The notes below the pieces were generated by a model. The model searched no databases. It was not told the DNA's origin and saw only the letters and a list, made by a program, of their open reading frames with translations. 64,000 bases of DNA from Plasmodiophora brassicae (taxonomy: Eukaryota): NCBI GenBank assembly GCA_036867785.1, contig CP145427.1:620001-684000 (forward strand), in the 5' to 3' direction. Positions within the stretch are counted from its first letter, which is position 1. Each line of letters begins with the position of its first letter. Position numbers and translations under genes: made by a program. Shown here one piece after another: positions 36,756 to 48,110 of the stretch.

Positions 36756-39139
36756 ATGGCGGAATCGGGACCAGGCCCTGACGCCACCTTCAGAGAGCGG
36801 TTTGATATGATCGCGAACCGTTGCGAGATGGCCGGCGCCATCGTACGTTGCCTATCCTGATGACCCGCGAAGTGTGATTGTGAAATATTACTGTTTAGAT
36901 GGAGGTTCCTCCCAATGCCGATGATGACGAGACGATGCGGTCGAGCGCGAACATTGTTGACACAATGTTCGCGCTCGCAAAAGATTTAACCCGCTTGTTG
37001 ATCGAAGTGCTCGTGGCGTTGACTTTTGATGCTCCCAACGATCAGGCACTTTCGTTGGCTGGTTGGTACAGGATTTGTTTTCCCGGCATTCTATTGAAAG
37101 TCATATATCGCTTTGTACACATTAGGCGTGCTGCGCGAACTGCTCCCCACTGCAGTACAGTTTGACCGAGTGTTGACGATCAAGGCGGGGGCCCTGATAA
37201 AGGGTGCCGCTGCCTGGGATAGGTTACACCCGGAGCGAAACGATCGCAACAATATCATTGCATTTTGGGCGTTAGGCGCCAGACTTCATGTATGCCTAAA
37301 TTGTCTCGAGATGACATCCATGCCCTTGAAGACGTCATTAACATTTGGAGTCATGTAGCCTTTCGACGATGCGCTGCGTTTCATTGTTGAGCCATTCCCG
37401 TGCCTGACGTTGCTGAGTCATACTCTATTCGAAGACGCCAAAGCAATCGACGTTCGAGAAAGGAAGTCGGCAGGCTTTGTCAAGGTTATTACTGGCCATT
37501 TGTCCAGCCTTTGCCCATTGTACGTGATGTTTCAGTCAACAACTTAATGTCTGTGTTCACATTAATCTGCAGGACTGAACATGTCGAATCGTTTGCTGCG
37601 TCCGTCTTCCTGCTCGCAACGTGCTCATCTATGACTAATGTTCAGAAGCGTATTCGTATCGACAGCGTTATTGGGCCGGAAACGCTTGCAACCGTTTTCA
37701 TCGGTTCTGATGATTTCCTCTCTAAGCTAATTCGGCGTGCTGTTGGACCCTTTATTACCGACGACTTCCCCGAGTACCGGGATGTTGTCGACGCTGTCCG
37801 TTCTTCGATCGAAAGTCGTCATTTCCTTGCACTGGCGTCAAAGCACGGCGCGTTGGCCAAACACTATGTTGACCGAGGCTTAACCATCGCGCCCAGCATT
37901 GAGCTGGAACCTTGGATGTGCGGCGCGTTACCACTTGAAGCTGGCCTGTGTGGAGGACTTCTGATTCCATTGCCGCCGTACCTGCTCGAGCTGTTCGAGA
38001 AACCTGGCGTTTGCCGTCGCGCGCATGTTCTTGTCTGCGGTTTATTGCATATTGGGCTTGTAGCAGGACCTCTTGGAAAGCGTGCCCCCCTTCTCCCTGA
38101 TCCCCGCGAAGGCTGTCGCATTGATTCTGGTGTGCTGTGTGATGAGGACATTTACGACGCATCAGATGCATTCCCTACAGCTGTATCGTTTGCGTTGCTG
38201 GCAACCGCTTTATCGGACTTACTGCTTGTCGACTTCGGGACCGCCAAAGCTCTCGATGTTGCTCTGACGAAGCCAATGCCATCGCGTTTTGCTGGCTTGC
38301 ACGTACTACCTGTGGCGTTCTGTAGCCGGCCAGCGGCTGGCAAGTTCCCTCTACCTGCGGAAGCGAGGCGTCGGGATGATTGGACACACACACTAACCCC
38401 AGGACAGATGATGTGTTCTCCTGATGTGTCGGATACCGTGCTGTGCACAGGCGTCCTTTTAGAACTTCCCACCAATGAGGTAGTGATGGTCGGCGCAACG
38501 CATGCGCTGTTTAAGCCCCAGGAACTCCAGGACCTTGGTTGCAAGTGCTTGCCAGTCCCGCTATCATCGATGCATCAGAACCGACTAAACTCCACTAAGG
38601 TATACCACCGAGACAGGAAGGAGTTAATCGGCAACCTGCTTCGCGTTGTTGACGATATTACCCGCATCAGATCCTCTGAGGACTGCTATGAACTGAACGA
38701 GTTTGACTGTTGCTTTATCCGGGTCGACAATGCCGTGCAAGAGAAGTTCGCGAACGTAATCCATGGCATTCAGCTACGTCGCCTTGCTTCTATCGAGGAC
38801 CTAGAGCACCAGCAGCTGCATAGTCAGGATTACGAAACTCCATACCGACTTTACGTTGACCAGGAGCTTTTACCAAGCGTCGGGTTTCGGAAGGTCCGCT
38901 TCTTGTTCCGGCAAGATTACTGGACGAAGCGAGGCAAAGGAGGTATCCTCAAAAGGGCCGTATTTCAGATGGACGACAACGATGGAGCAGACGATGCCGA
39001 CAGCGACGGAGCGTGCAACTCGCCCATCTTTGACATTCACGGCACTGTCTACGGCAAGTTCCGAGACATTATGGACAAACCCCGCATGTTTGCCATCATG
39101 CCCAGACCACCGGAATTGGCCCACAGCCGTATCATATAG
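36756..39139 (+). CDS. Putative chymotrypsin-fold cysteine protease (3C-like), paralogue B, with helical N-terminal extension (multi-exon 5' part)
   Basis: Long last exon with VGATHAL (His), FDCCFI (Asp), DGACNSPIF (Cys codon 39014-39016) and VYG. Upstream exons inferred from GT-AG sites starting MAESGPGPDATF. Confidence 0.6.
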
Positions 39140-39266
39140 GTGTAGCTGGCCTGGACAATACACTCCCCTCCTCATGCTAAAGTCCCCGTGTTGGTTGTGT
39201 GTTGGACCATTTTGCTGGCGCTACAGACGTCGTGCTGTACAGGGTGCATTTTGTCTCCGAAGGTTA

Positions 39267-40272
39267 GAGCGCGGTCCAATATCCAGGAGAAAACCGAGCT
39301 GGTCGTCTCAGGAAAACCGAGCAGTTCGGTCCAACACCAATCACATAGTCACAGAGTCGCACAAACCGAGGGCAAGAAGGTTGTAAGCCGGGTAGAAGTT
39401 GTGGCAATAGAGTCCCTATCATACTTGTCACCGAGCAGATTAACCCGCCGAACGGTTCCCTTACCTAACAGTCCATGAACCGGTTCACTTTTATCAGACT
39501 ACCGTCAACCAGGCCACATGTGTTCGAGAACTTGTAGAAGCCATTGACGATTTTGCGCCACCCAGCGCTGTCGTCGACGGATGGCGGACGAATGACCTCA
39601 CTGGCCAAGCTGCATATTACAGTTTCCATTTCAGCGCAGTAGCGGATCGCAGCAGACTTCGACATGCCCAACTGACCGGCAGCACCACTGATTCCTGCAC
39701 CTTCCTTACCGGTGCCTTTGCCAAGATAAGCCAGATAGACCGCCAAGCGCTGAGAAAATGGGTAAGCGCATGTGGGATGTTGGTAGTTGGTCTGGAACAG
39801 CTCGTCGTATTTGGGCTGTATAAATTTGACGAGGTATTCAAACGCCTCGGGCGTGCATCGCACAACTTCTTTAAATTTTGTCTACAGTCACGTAGGATAA
39901 GGAAGAGCAATTTCTCCAGACGATATATTCGCACAGGAGTGTTCTGCCGCCTAAACTGCACGTAGAAATCCGAATGGACAGTTATCTTTTCGGCGTCAGG
40001 ACGCCTAACAGAACGGCCATCGAGCTCCTCAACAACGAGCAGTAACAGCATCAGCATCGTCGCCGCCACGAGGATGACAGTTTCGTCATCCATTCTGCAA
40101 GAGCTAACCAAAAACGTGATGAATGTCGAGTGTGGAGGTATTTCATATATATCGGTGCAGCAGCCCCTGTGAGCTAGGTTTGCAAACCGAGCTCAAACCG
40201 AGCTCAAACCGAGGTCTGCAACCAGTCATATATCTGTGACCACCTCGGTTTCCGCCCTGTTGGACCGCGCTC
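39267..40272 (-). mobile_element. Internally deleted PIF/Harbinger DNA transposon with 13-bp TIRs and TTA target-site duplication
   Basis: TTA(39264-66)-GAGCGCGGTCCAA ... TTGGACCGCGCTC-TTA(40273-75). Truncated DDE_Tnp_4-like ORF (RCTPEAFEYLV, QRLAVYLAYL, LGMSKSAA, CGLVDGSLI) with a stop. Subterminal AAACCGAG repeats. Confidence 0.9.
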
Positions 40273-40914
40273 TTATCGTTTGCCCAGTCCGTCGCGAACT
40301 TGCGTTGGACGTCGGCGATACGACATGGGTGACGAAGTACCTCGCGGTGGCGCAGGCGGTCATGGCCGAAGTCACAAGATCGTCGATGAGGCCAGGACGG
40401 CACGACAGTAGTCGAACGTTCGGCAGCGGGCTCGTCATTTGCAGCCGAACCATCGGGAGTCGTTCATCCCCAGCGACTACGTCCTGAACGCTAAGCCCGT
40501 CCCTGGACCAGCCCAGAAGTTGACTGAGCAGTGGCGCGGCCCGTACGCCCAGTCGCCCAACGCATCATCGATCAGGTCTTTTAGCCGTCCACAGTTGCTT
40601 CGCCTTGTTCTGCTCCGGCTAGTAACTCTGCGGCGGATCACAAGTTCATCTGTACCGACTAACGCGGCTCTTAGCGCTTATTCGAAAGCATCAGATGTCC
40701 CTTCTGCAGCCGTATCCAGTTCTGGTGCTGTCCCAGCGCCGTCAATTGGTACGCTGTCGAGAGGAAGTCGCATGCATTAGGTTTTCTAAAGGTCGACGAT
40801 GTTGCAGGTTATGGAACATCCGTATTACGATCATGGTCACAGTGATCCTTAGCCAAGCGCTTTGCCAACACAGTATTCCGCAGTGCGCATCGGACGACAT
40901 ATCGGCGTGTTGCG

Positions 40915-42482
40915 ATGGATGGTATGCTGTCCAGCGTGCTGAGTGCTCCGCTAGCCGGGGCGGTGCCTCACCCCTTCCGAACGGGTACATCCATGACGAA
41001 GTATGCCACGTTTTCACGGACGCCACGTTCTGTCCGCCAGTGGACCAATCGTGAAATCGCTGAAGAACTAGGTGACCTTCCAAACGTCCTTGTTTCCCGT
41101 TTTCCACGCGACGAGATCCGTCGGTACCACTTGACGAGTTTCATTGAAGAGATTTGTTCTGAGGAGTCGGTGAACGTCCCCTGCGCGTACGCCTGCGACT
41201 TTGCTTCCAATTGTGCCGTCGGGTTCCAACTACTTTCAGCTACGTTGTCAGGCCGGTATATGCATGGCAAACCGGATCATGCCTGGGTTGATAGCAGGTT
41301 CAACTGCATGGTTAAAGGCGTTTGCGAAGGCAAATGCGACTGGTGTATTCCGTCTGAGGACGTCGGCACTTTGGACGAACTTTGGTCGGCCAATCTCCAA
41401 ACCCCGGAGAAGTATTCGAGCGTCTACCATCTGATCCGCCAAGTATACGGGTGTGCTCATCCATTATGTGCACGCTTTTCGTTTCCGACTGACGGTTCCG
41501 TAGGTACACCGTCATCAATTCGGTGCGGTACGCCGTGATTTCCACCTACAACCGATGGTGGCTCTGTCGACGCCACGATAATGGCGAGTTTGCCATCTCG
41601 AGGGAGATGCGGTTCAATTCTACCAATCCGACCGTTCTGCAGCGGCTTGCGTCACTCTCGCTAGCCATGGCTGAGCCACCCAGTTCAAGGCGCGTACCGC
41701 GATGGTACTGCAACTTTCCCGCCAGGTCATCATCAGCACCGTGTTCGCCAGTGGACAACATCCCTGGAACGCCTCCTCAGCCAGGGCGTGCTCCCGGCGC
41801 CGGTAGTCGGACTAGCAGTCGAAAGCGGTCTAGGCCATCTTCTTCGTCCGGCCTGATTGATCATGGTGATCTCGTGGGCCTTCCTATCGACGAGTTAGCT
41901 GACGTCCATATAATCGGCGCCGGGCAGCATGGAGCCGTTTTCCGTTGTCAAATGCCAGATGGCGTCTGGGCAGTCGTTAAAGAAGGCGACATAATGGCAT
42001 CGCCACAATGCCGCGCCCAGCTTCAACATGAATCTATGGTGTATAACCGGCTGTGCGACCTGCAAGGCCGCTCTATCCCGGAACTCATCTTCGACCTGCC
42101 AGTTGTCCTCTATCGGGGGGTTCTGGAAGGCATCGTTATGTGCGACGTCGGGATGGACGCTGTCGATCCAGAGTTCATCTGCCACATTGCCTATGGCGTT
42201 CGACTGCAGCTCTTGCAGGCACTAGAGTCTATCCATCGCGCTGGTGTACTTCACAGCGATATTGCTGCCCGCAACGTTGTGTACTGCATAGACCCTGAGC
42301 GACTGATGATCGTCGATTTTGGCGATGCCATCCTCGACGCCTCAGGACATTCCGTCTGGGGCACCAATGACGCTGAGCTCGAGCGAAAGCAGCTCGCTGC
42401 GCTACTGGCTCTGGACCGTAGCACTCCAACCTTCGTCCCGCGACCTGTGCAGGGACATCAGGTTACGCACACGGATCGTTAG
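40915..42482 (+). CDS. Crinkler-type REase (PD-(D/E)xK) + protein kinase fusion; one intron 41451-41503
   Basis: KPD...GVCEGK and spliced RQVYGYTVINSVRYAVISTYNRWWLCRR (REase-like). Kinase motifs GAGQHGAV, VVKE, HESMVY, LQGRSIP, HSDIAARN, IVDFGDA. Confidence 0.78.
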
Positions 42483-43094
42483 CGAAATGTATTTTGACTT
42501 TGCGGTTGTAGTTATGGAAAACGCTGGCCGGTCGATGTCGGGCTCTGCTACTGCAGGACAAGCGCATCTTCTCACGGTGCACCGTACCGGCACCATTGCG
42601 TGATATGGTTGTCTACGAAGCACTAGCACGCGCCCGAGACGAACTCCAACGTTTAGTGGAATCTGGAGCGTTATCAAAGACAAAGGCGATGCAGGCACCA
42701 GAGTCTGTCGTGAAGGACCTTCTTCGTCATCCGTCAATTGTGCAATTATTTGAATGAGTCTACTACGGTGAGGTGAACATCTGATCTTGGCTATGCGAAA
42801 TACCCGAGTAGCTTAATACTGGGATATGGGCGCCTTCTCATATCAATGGGACGGAATACGATGGGACGATGTGCGGGTAGCCACCATCTGTCCCAGCATC
42901 TTCGCCTCGTCGAGGACGTTGGCAGGACTTCGTCACGCATCACTCTGTACGATCGTGCATAGACGTCGACCGTTGTCATACATAGAGGGGACTCTGTCCA
43001 GATCATTTTCCCGAGCTCTTCGTGCTCTGAGACGGGTACGTAAGAATCAGATCTGATATATATGCCCTTCCCTGACGACACTAAGCCCTAGGTC

Positions 43095-43640
43095 CAGCGC
43101 GACCTGCCCGAAACGTGCAGGACCGGCGCCTGCGTCACGAAGACACAGCTCATTCCCTATAACGCGCCGCAGACGAGTACGTCGTCGTCCAGCGTCGCCA
43201 AGGTAGCCAGCCAGCCGCCAGTCGCTTCGTTGGGTGGCCGCTGACTCACCGCCGGCGTCGCCCTCAGATGGTGTTCTGCTCGTCGCTCGCCATTACCATG
43301 TACGTGCTGCTGACGGCGCCGACGTCTTCGTCAACTGGGATCAGAGCCATGATCCTGGACCACAGCCAAGACAAGCCGCATCCCGTCGTCGTCAACGATT
43401 ACTGCAACCGCCTGAGCACCAGCGCCGATTCCGGCAGCGCCCCCGTCCCACAAGTTCGTCCGCACACACCCACACACTCGCGGCTGTTCTGCAACTGACG
43501 AGACCCTGGGCGTGTGTGGCGCAGGCAACGAACTTTCGTCGGTGGTTGACGTTGCCGATGCGCAGAAGGTGGCGGCGCGATCGGTTCCGGGCGCGACGCG
43601 ACCTGTGCGGCCGTCAACACCAGGCGCCGCCGTTCGTCTG
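43095..43640 (+). pseudogene. Decayed partial copy of the ABCG gene (source ~49080..49690)
   Basis: Matches MVFCSSLAI.MYVLL, IRAMILDHS.DKPH, YNRLSTSADS and RFRARRDLCGR, with deletions and frameshifts. Confidence 0.85.
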
Positions 43641-43673
43641 CCAGAAGCCTGGGCTCTGCAGTGCGGCTTCTAT

Positions 43674-45720
43674 TCACGTAGGGGTACTTCAGTTTACGCG
43701 TCGGCTCGACCTTCCCCTGACTAACATCGGATAGGAGGTGTAGCTGGATGCTGTCCCCTGAGCTCCCGATGTATGCTTCATCTGTCTGGAATGAGGTTCA
43801 TTCCATACATACACCATCCCTTACCTAACAACGGAAAGTGCACGTTTATCTGGGCGCTTCTTATTCCTGACACCTGTAAACGGTTTTGGTGTGGGCCCAC
43901 AAACTGTGGGTGCGACGTATAAGGTATTCTTCAGTCGGAGCTACCTCGGCGACCTAACTAATAATGTGGATCAGCACCCTGTACTAAAACAGTAAGGAAC
44001 ATGCTCCTGCCAGGGTTTACACTTACTCGTACCCCATTGGCGCGCGCTCAATTAGCCCGAGCCTGACGCCTAGCGATTCGAGCGCTATCGATGGCGGGCG
44101 CTTCCTATATTGCCATCGTTATCATGGCGCTGCCTTACACTCTTGATGCGAGCGTCAGTGTGGAGAGTAGCGAGAACGGGACGGTGTTGGCATCTTGGCC
44201 GGCGCCCTACTTCGTCCTTGGCAATACGTCATTTGACGTCACTGCCAACGCGTTATACATTATCCGAACCACTGACCCGGCAAGCCAGCAGCACCACCTT
44301 CCGCCGTTGTCGAACTCGACAATTGTTGCCATTGACTCAACAGAGACCATTGATTATCAAGGTTGGGCAGATGCCTGTTCCAGCAAGGCCTTGTCTTGCC
44401 GGGCAATAATTGTCACAAGCTGTGCCGAACCCACCCGAAACCTGCAGGCCTGGATGTTTCGTACCACACGACCACCACCGTTTACGGATGTTCCCATGGT
44501 GATCATGACTCCCGAGCAAACATCGGACCTGATGTCCGCATTCACTAACGATGGCAAGCGCCTGCTTCGAATAACATCGCGTACCGCGCCGGATCCAATC
44601 GTGATGGCCCTCTGGCCCAGAATGGTCTGGACCATTGCGCTGCTGCTGAGTACAGCTATCGTTGCGGTTGCACTAGCCAAACTGGCCTCCTTTTGCGTAA
44701 GCGGCAATGGACGCTTTAGGCCTGCCCCGATGGCACCGACGTTTGCGATTTCGATGATATTCCTGGATGGGGTCCTCTGCTCGTGTATGATTGGCGATAT
44801 CGTGCTATGCCAGGGACGCTGCACGCCCTACATCTTTACCAAAGTCTTCCTGTTAGAAACGGAATTAGCTGTTGGCTGTATACAAACATTAACGATTGCA
44901 TACATTCTCGAGCAAGCATGCCTTCAAATGTGCGAAGGCACACCACGTTGGACGTTCCTGCGTCAGGTCTTGCAATGGTCAGTCGCATCGTCCATCATCA
45001 TTGCTTACGAAGCAAACAACATTCTCGGATTGGTAACCTCGACCCTGCGCTCTTCCTCGGTCTATGTCGCCGGGGCGCTTCTGATGTACATGGTTGCGTT
45101 CATCGCGTTTATTCGTCAAGGACGCAATGTGACCTCACTGCTGCTGCAATGCCAAGGCATTTCCGACGGTGAGCGTCGAGCGCGTTTGTTATTCGCGCGA
45201 CGTATCGCACGATGCGGAATCATGGGACTATTCGTCATCGGGCTATTGATAACTCTGGCCGTCTCTTCGGCCATCGAGAACTTCCCCTTGTTCTGGGTCG
45301 CGTTTTCTTTAGCTTACGCGCTGGTTGCCGTGCAGCGCATAATGGAGGCCCTGGCTTTCCAGGCCCCGCCAAACAATATCGTTGCAAGCGCGACGTCGGG
45401 CATTATCGACATCTTCAAAGCCGCGTTTTCCTGCCAGGCAGGTGCGGGTTCCAAACCACGCAACATCATTCAGGTCGCCCATCCACCAAACACGTCCCAT
45501 CCCTTCTAAATCCCACTGGCAGCAGAGGCGTTCGCCCGGTGATGACCAGGGAGGTCCGCGCGCAACAGTACTAAAACGAGACCATTTGCATCGCTTGCGC
45601 TAGGAACTATCGACCGTTGCTATCAGGTCAAGTTGCAATGCTTCATGGTCCTAATGAAACGGTCACCGGTTTCATCGTGTCTCGGCAGCCGTGATGATGA
45701 AAGTTTGCCGGAACGGCACG
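43674..45720 (+). repeat. Segmental duplication, copy 2 (pairs with ~24948..26957)
   Basis: Shared upstream sequence (ccctgactaac.tcggata, ctaataatgtggatcag), 7TM ORF and downstream gtgtctcggcagccgtgatg. Confidence 0.9.
44091..45509 (+). CDS. Signal peptide + PA-like ectodomain + 7TM membrane protein, paralogue 2; intronless
   Basis: 472-aa ORF collinear with 25330..26748. Confidence 0.75.
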   Translation: MAGASYIAIVIMALPYTLDASVSVESSENGTVLASWPAPYFVLGNTSFDVTANALYIIRTTDPASQQHHLPPLSNSTIVAIDSTETIDYQGWADACSSKALSCRAIIVTSCAEPTRNLQAWMFRTTRPPPFTDVPMVIMTPEQTSDLMSAFTNDGKRLLRITSRTAPDPIVMALWPRMVWTIALLLSTAIVAVALAKLASFCVSGNGRFRPAPMAPTFAISMIFLDGVLCSCMIGDIVLCQGRCTPYIFTKVFLLETELAVGCIQTLTIAYILEQACLQMCEGTPRWTFLRQVLQWSVASSIIIAYEANNILGLVTSTLRSSSVYVAGALLMYMVAFIAFIRQGRNVTSLLLQCQGISDGERRARLLFARRIARCGIMGLFVIGLLITLAVSSAIENFPLFWVAFSLAYALVAVQRIMEALAFQAPPNNIVASATSGIIDIFKAAFSCQAGAGSKPRNIIQVAHPPNTSHPF

Positions 45721-47129
45721 GCATCGGAAGTTTGGATTGGCGCCATGGCCAGGCCGAGCAGGTCGCCCGGGTACTGGGCCATGCCTGGCCCCATCCAGCG
45801 GGATTTCCCAATGCGCTCTAGGCTGCTGAGTATTTCTTGGAGATCCTCATCATGCGCGACCACATAGACGAGGACCTGACAGCCGTCAATAGTGCCCTTG
45901 AAGAAACCACGAGACCCATGAATCGCGAATCGTGGAAAGCCAATCATTGACGAAATCGATGGGCCAATCTCGACCTTGTCGAGGTCGATTATCCGTGAGC
46001 GCCACACCTTCCGCACATCGGCAGGGTACTTGGGGGAAATAAGTCCATCCAGAAGAGCCGGCTTCATCCTGCCGACCAAAGTTTGGTGCAGGTCATTGAC
46101 GACGTCTTTGACAGGTCGGGAGCACACGTATGTATCAGTCTTCAGCGGCACTGGGTCCTTGCCGGTGACCGTCATGACATCCAGTCGCTTAATCACATCT
46201 GCCATCATCGGACGCTTCACGTCGATCGGGTGCGAGCAGTCTCGAACGATCGATTTCCAGGCGCGCGGTACATGGGGCCACAGCGGCGAATTCCAGGCCT
46301 GCATGTCCCGTTGGAAAAACACCTCTGCCTCATTGAGCCTATCTTTCGCATGGTGACCGAACTCTCGCGACATGATTGGTGTCAGGAGTTCGCGAAGCGT
46401 GATACCGATCGTGAACGTGTGGGCCAGTGTGCTAACTTGGCCGCCGTTCAGTGAGTAGTACGTCTCCGGAGCCGCCCAGCGTGGCGTAATCGAGACGGAG
46501 TGTGGCAGGGGCTTCCCGAGTGAGAGAAGGCCCTCCGGATCCAGGTCCGCCAGCATTACGTGTCGTTTCCTCGAGTCGTATAGGAAGTTGGGGAGCTTAG
46601 CGTCGGCGAAGATGTAGCCTTTTGAGGCAATATGCTTGAGACCCAGGGCGATCTGTTTCATGACGTTGGCAACGAGCTTCACATCGGACATGTCCAGGCG
46701 ACGTCGGCAAAGGTGCCCGCCCGGAACCAGCTTCATGAGTAGGGCGTCATCGACGAACCCATAGAAGGGGACGATGTTCGGGTGGTCACTAACACGTTCC
46801 ATCATTCTTGCCTCGCCGACGCTGGCAGGCTTCTTCATGGCGACCAGGTACCCGTGGACGCGAACGGAGTACACGTGGTGGCCCTGCTGTCCTGTGCCGA
46901 TCAGTCTTTGCGTACTGAAATCGATATCGTCCTTTGTCAGGAGCCTCCCGTTTCGTCGCAGACTACGGAAGTACGCTGTCCCGTCCGGTTCATCGTATGG
47001 CGATTCAGACGCTCGGTCCTTTGATGCCAGCAGGCCCACGACCAAGAAGATGGTCAAAGCTGTCAGACCTACGGCGATACGTACACAGATCAACCTCGCC
47101 ATCCGCCTTGCCATCGCTTGCGATTCCAT
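45672..47129 (-). CDS. Atypical protein kinase with N-terminal signal/TM anchor; intronless
   Basis: Hydrophobic IAVGLTALTIFLVVGLLA; IGTGQQG, VAMKK, HPNIVPFYG, FADAKLPN (HRD replaced), LADLD (DFG replaced), TPRWAAPE; start of a second kinase-like lobe at the C-terminus. Confidence 0.75.
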   Translation of the reverse strand: MESQAMARRMARLICVRIAVGLTALTIFLVVGLLASKDRASESPYDEPDGTAYFRSLRRNGRLLTKDDIDFSTQRLIGTGQQGHHVYSVRVHGYLVAMKKPASVGEARMMERVSDHPNIVPFYGFVDDALLMKLVPGGHLCRRRLDMSDVKLVANVMKQIALGLKHIASKGYIFADAKLPNFLYDSRKRHVMLADLDPEGLLSLGKPLPHSVSITPRWAAPETYYSLNGGQVSTLAHTFTIGITLRELLTPIMSREFGHHAKDRLNEAEVFFQRDMQAWNSPLWPHVPRAWKSIVRDCSHPIDVKRPMMADVIKRLDVMTVTGKDPVPLKTDTYVCSRPVKDVVNDLHQTLVGRMKPALLDGLISPKYPADVRKVWRSRIIDLDKVEIGPSISSMIGFPRFAIHGSRGFFKGTIDGCQVLVYVVAHDEDLQEILSSLERIGKSRWMGPGMAQYPGDLLGLAMAPIQTSDAVPFRQTFIITAAETR

Positions 47130-47269
47130 TATACCTGGCCAGCGCCGGGGAACTCAAATGAATTCGATTATGGAGGCCATGACAGCCGCAGATTCCGGCA
47201 ACCGTTGTTCTCTGTTGCTGTTGACAATTTGTAAGATTAATCCTTCCACATCGATCAGCGGGCCGATCT

Positions 47270-47560
47270 GTTCATGAAGCAAGGAGCTGGGAGGCCCGGG
47301 ACGATCTGCTTCACGACATTGGCAGCGAGTTTTAGTTTGGACCGTTATACCAGGCGAATTTCCGCGAGACGCCCACTCCGGACGTTTGGCTCCATGAGTA
47401 CTGGGACGTCGCCGACGTACCCATACAATGGCAATATATTCGACGGGACGATGTGCGTGTAGTGACCCACCTGCCCCAGAGTCCTTGTCCCATCGACGCT
47501 GGGAGACCTTCATCATGGATCAGTCTTTCTGTACGATCTTGCACAGACGTCAGAAGTCAC
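47270..47560 (-). pseudogene. Degenerate fragment of a kinase paralogue of the adjacent gene
   Basis: Minus strand reads SNILPLYGYVGDVPVLME and KLAANVVKQIVPGL, versus PNIVPFYGFVDDALLMK and KLVANVMKQIALGL in the intact gene; frame broken. Confidence 0.6.
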
Positions 47561-48110
47561 AGATCTAGACGCAACTCTGTCCAGACCTGGTCACGAGCGT
47601 CGTATTGCACTATGCCGGTATCTCTCTGACTTCGTTTCTGGTGCCGGGCCTTCTCGATTGCTAGCAGGGCATAGATGGTGCATTGACAGCCTCAGGGCAG
47701 CACGAATTACAACTGACTTGCTGACTGATGTTGGTGAACGACTGACAGCGAAGACCACCGAACAGAAAAAGCAGTCAGAAGCTCGACCCCAGCACTACAT
47801 CTGGGGGGTATTGAGCTGTGTGCCCATAGCGAACGTTCGTCCGTTTGCAGGGCAAGCTCAACTGGCTGGGCTACACAGGTCGAGCATCGTTCGTTGGCAG
47901 GAGGCGGTTCCGCGCGCTCCGCTGACGGCGCCGAAAAACGCCCGTTGGCTCCGATATGTGCGGCTCCGAGGCGGGGGCGCGTTAGTCTGCTTGCGCCTGC
48001 GTATGTACCCGGATGGATCGGCGGCGGTGGCCCAGGAGATTCCTTGCCGATCGAGGTACGGTAGCGGGTCGCGTTGGCCCGGGCTCCCCCCGGTGGCATC
48101 ATTCCCGCAT

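Noticed and set aside
40290-40800. Possible Myb/SANT partner gene of the Harbinger element
   Set aside because: Lies outside the TIRs, contains stops and shows no Myb-like Trp pattern.
42600-43085. Short ORFs downstream of the REase-kinase gene
   Set aside because: No recognisable motifs or coding bias.
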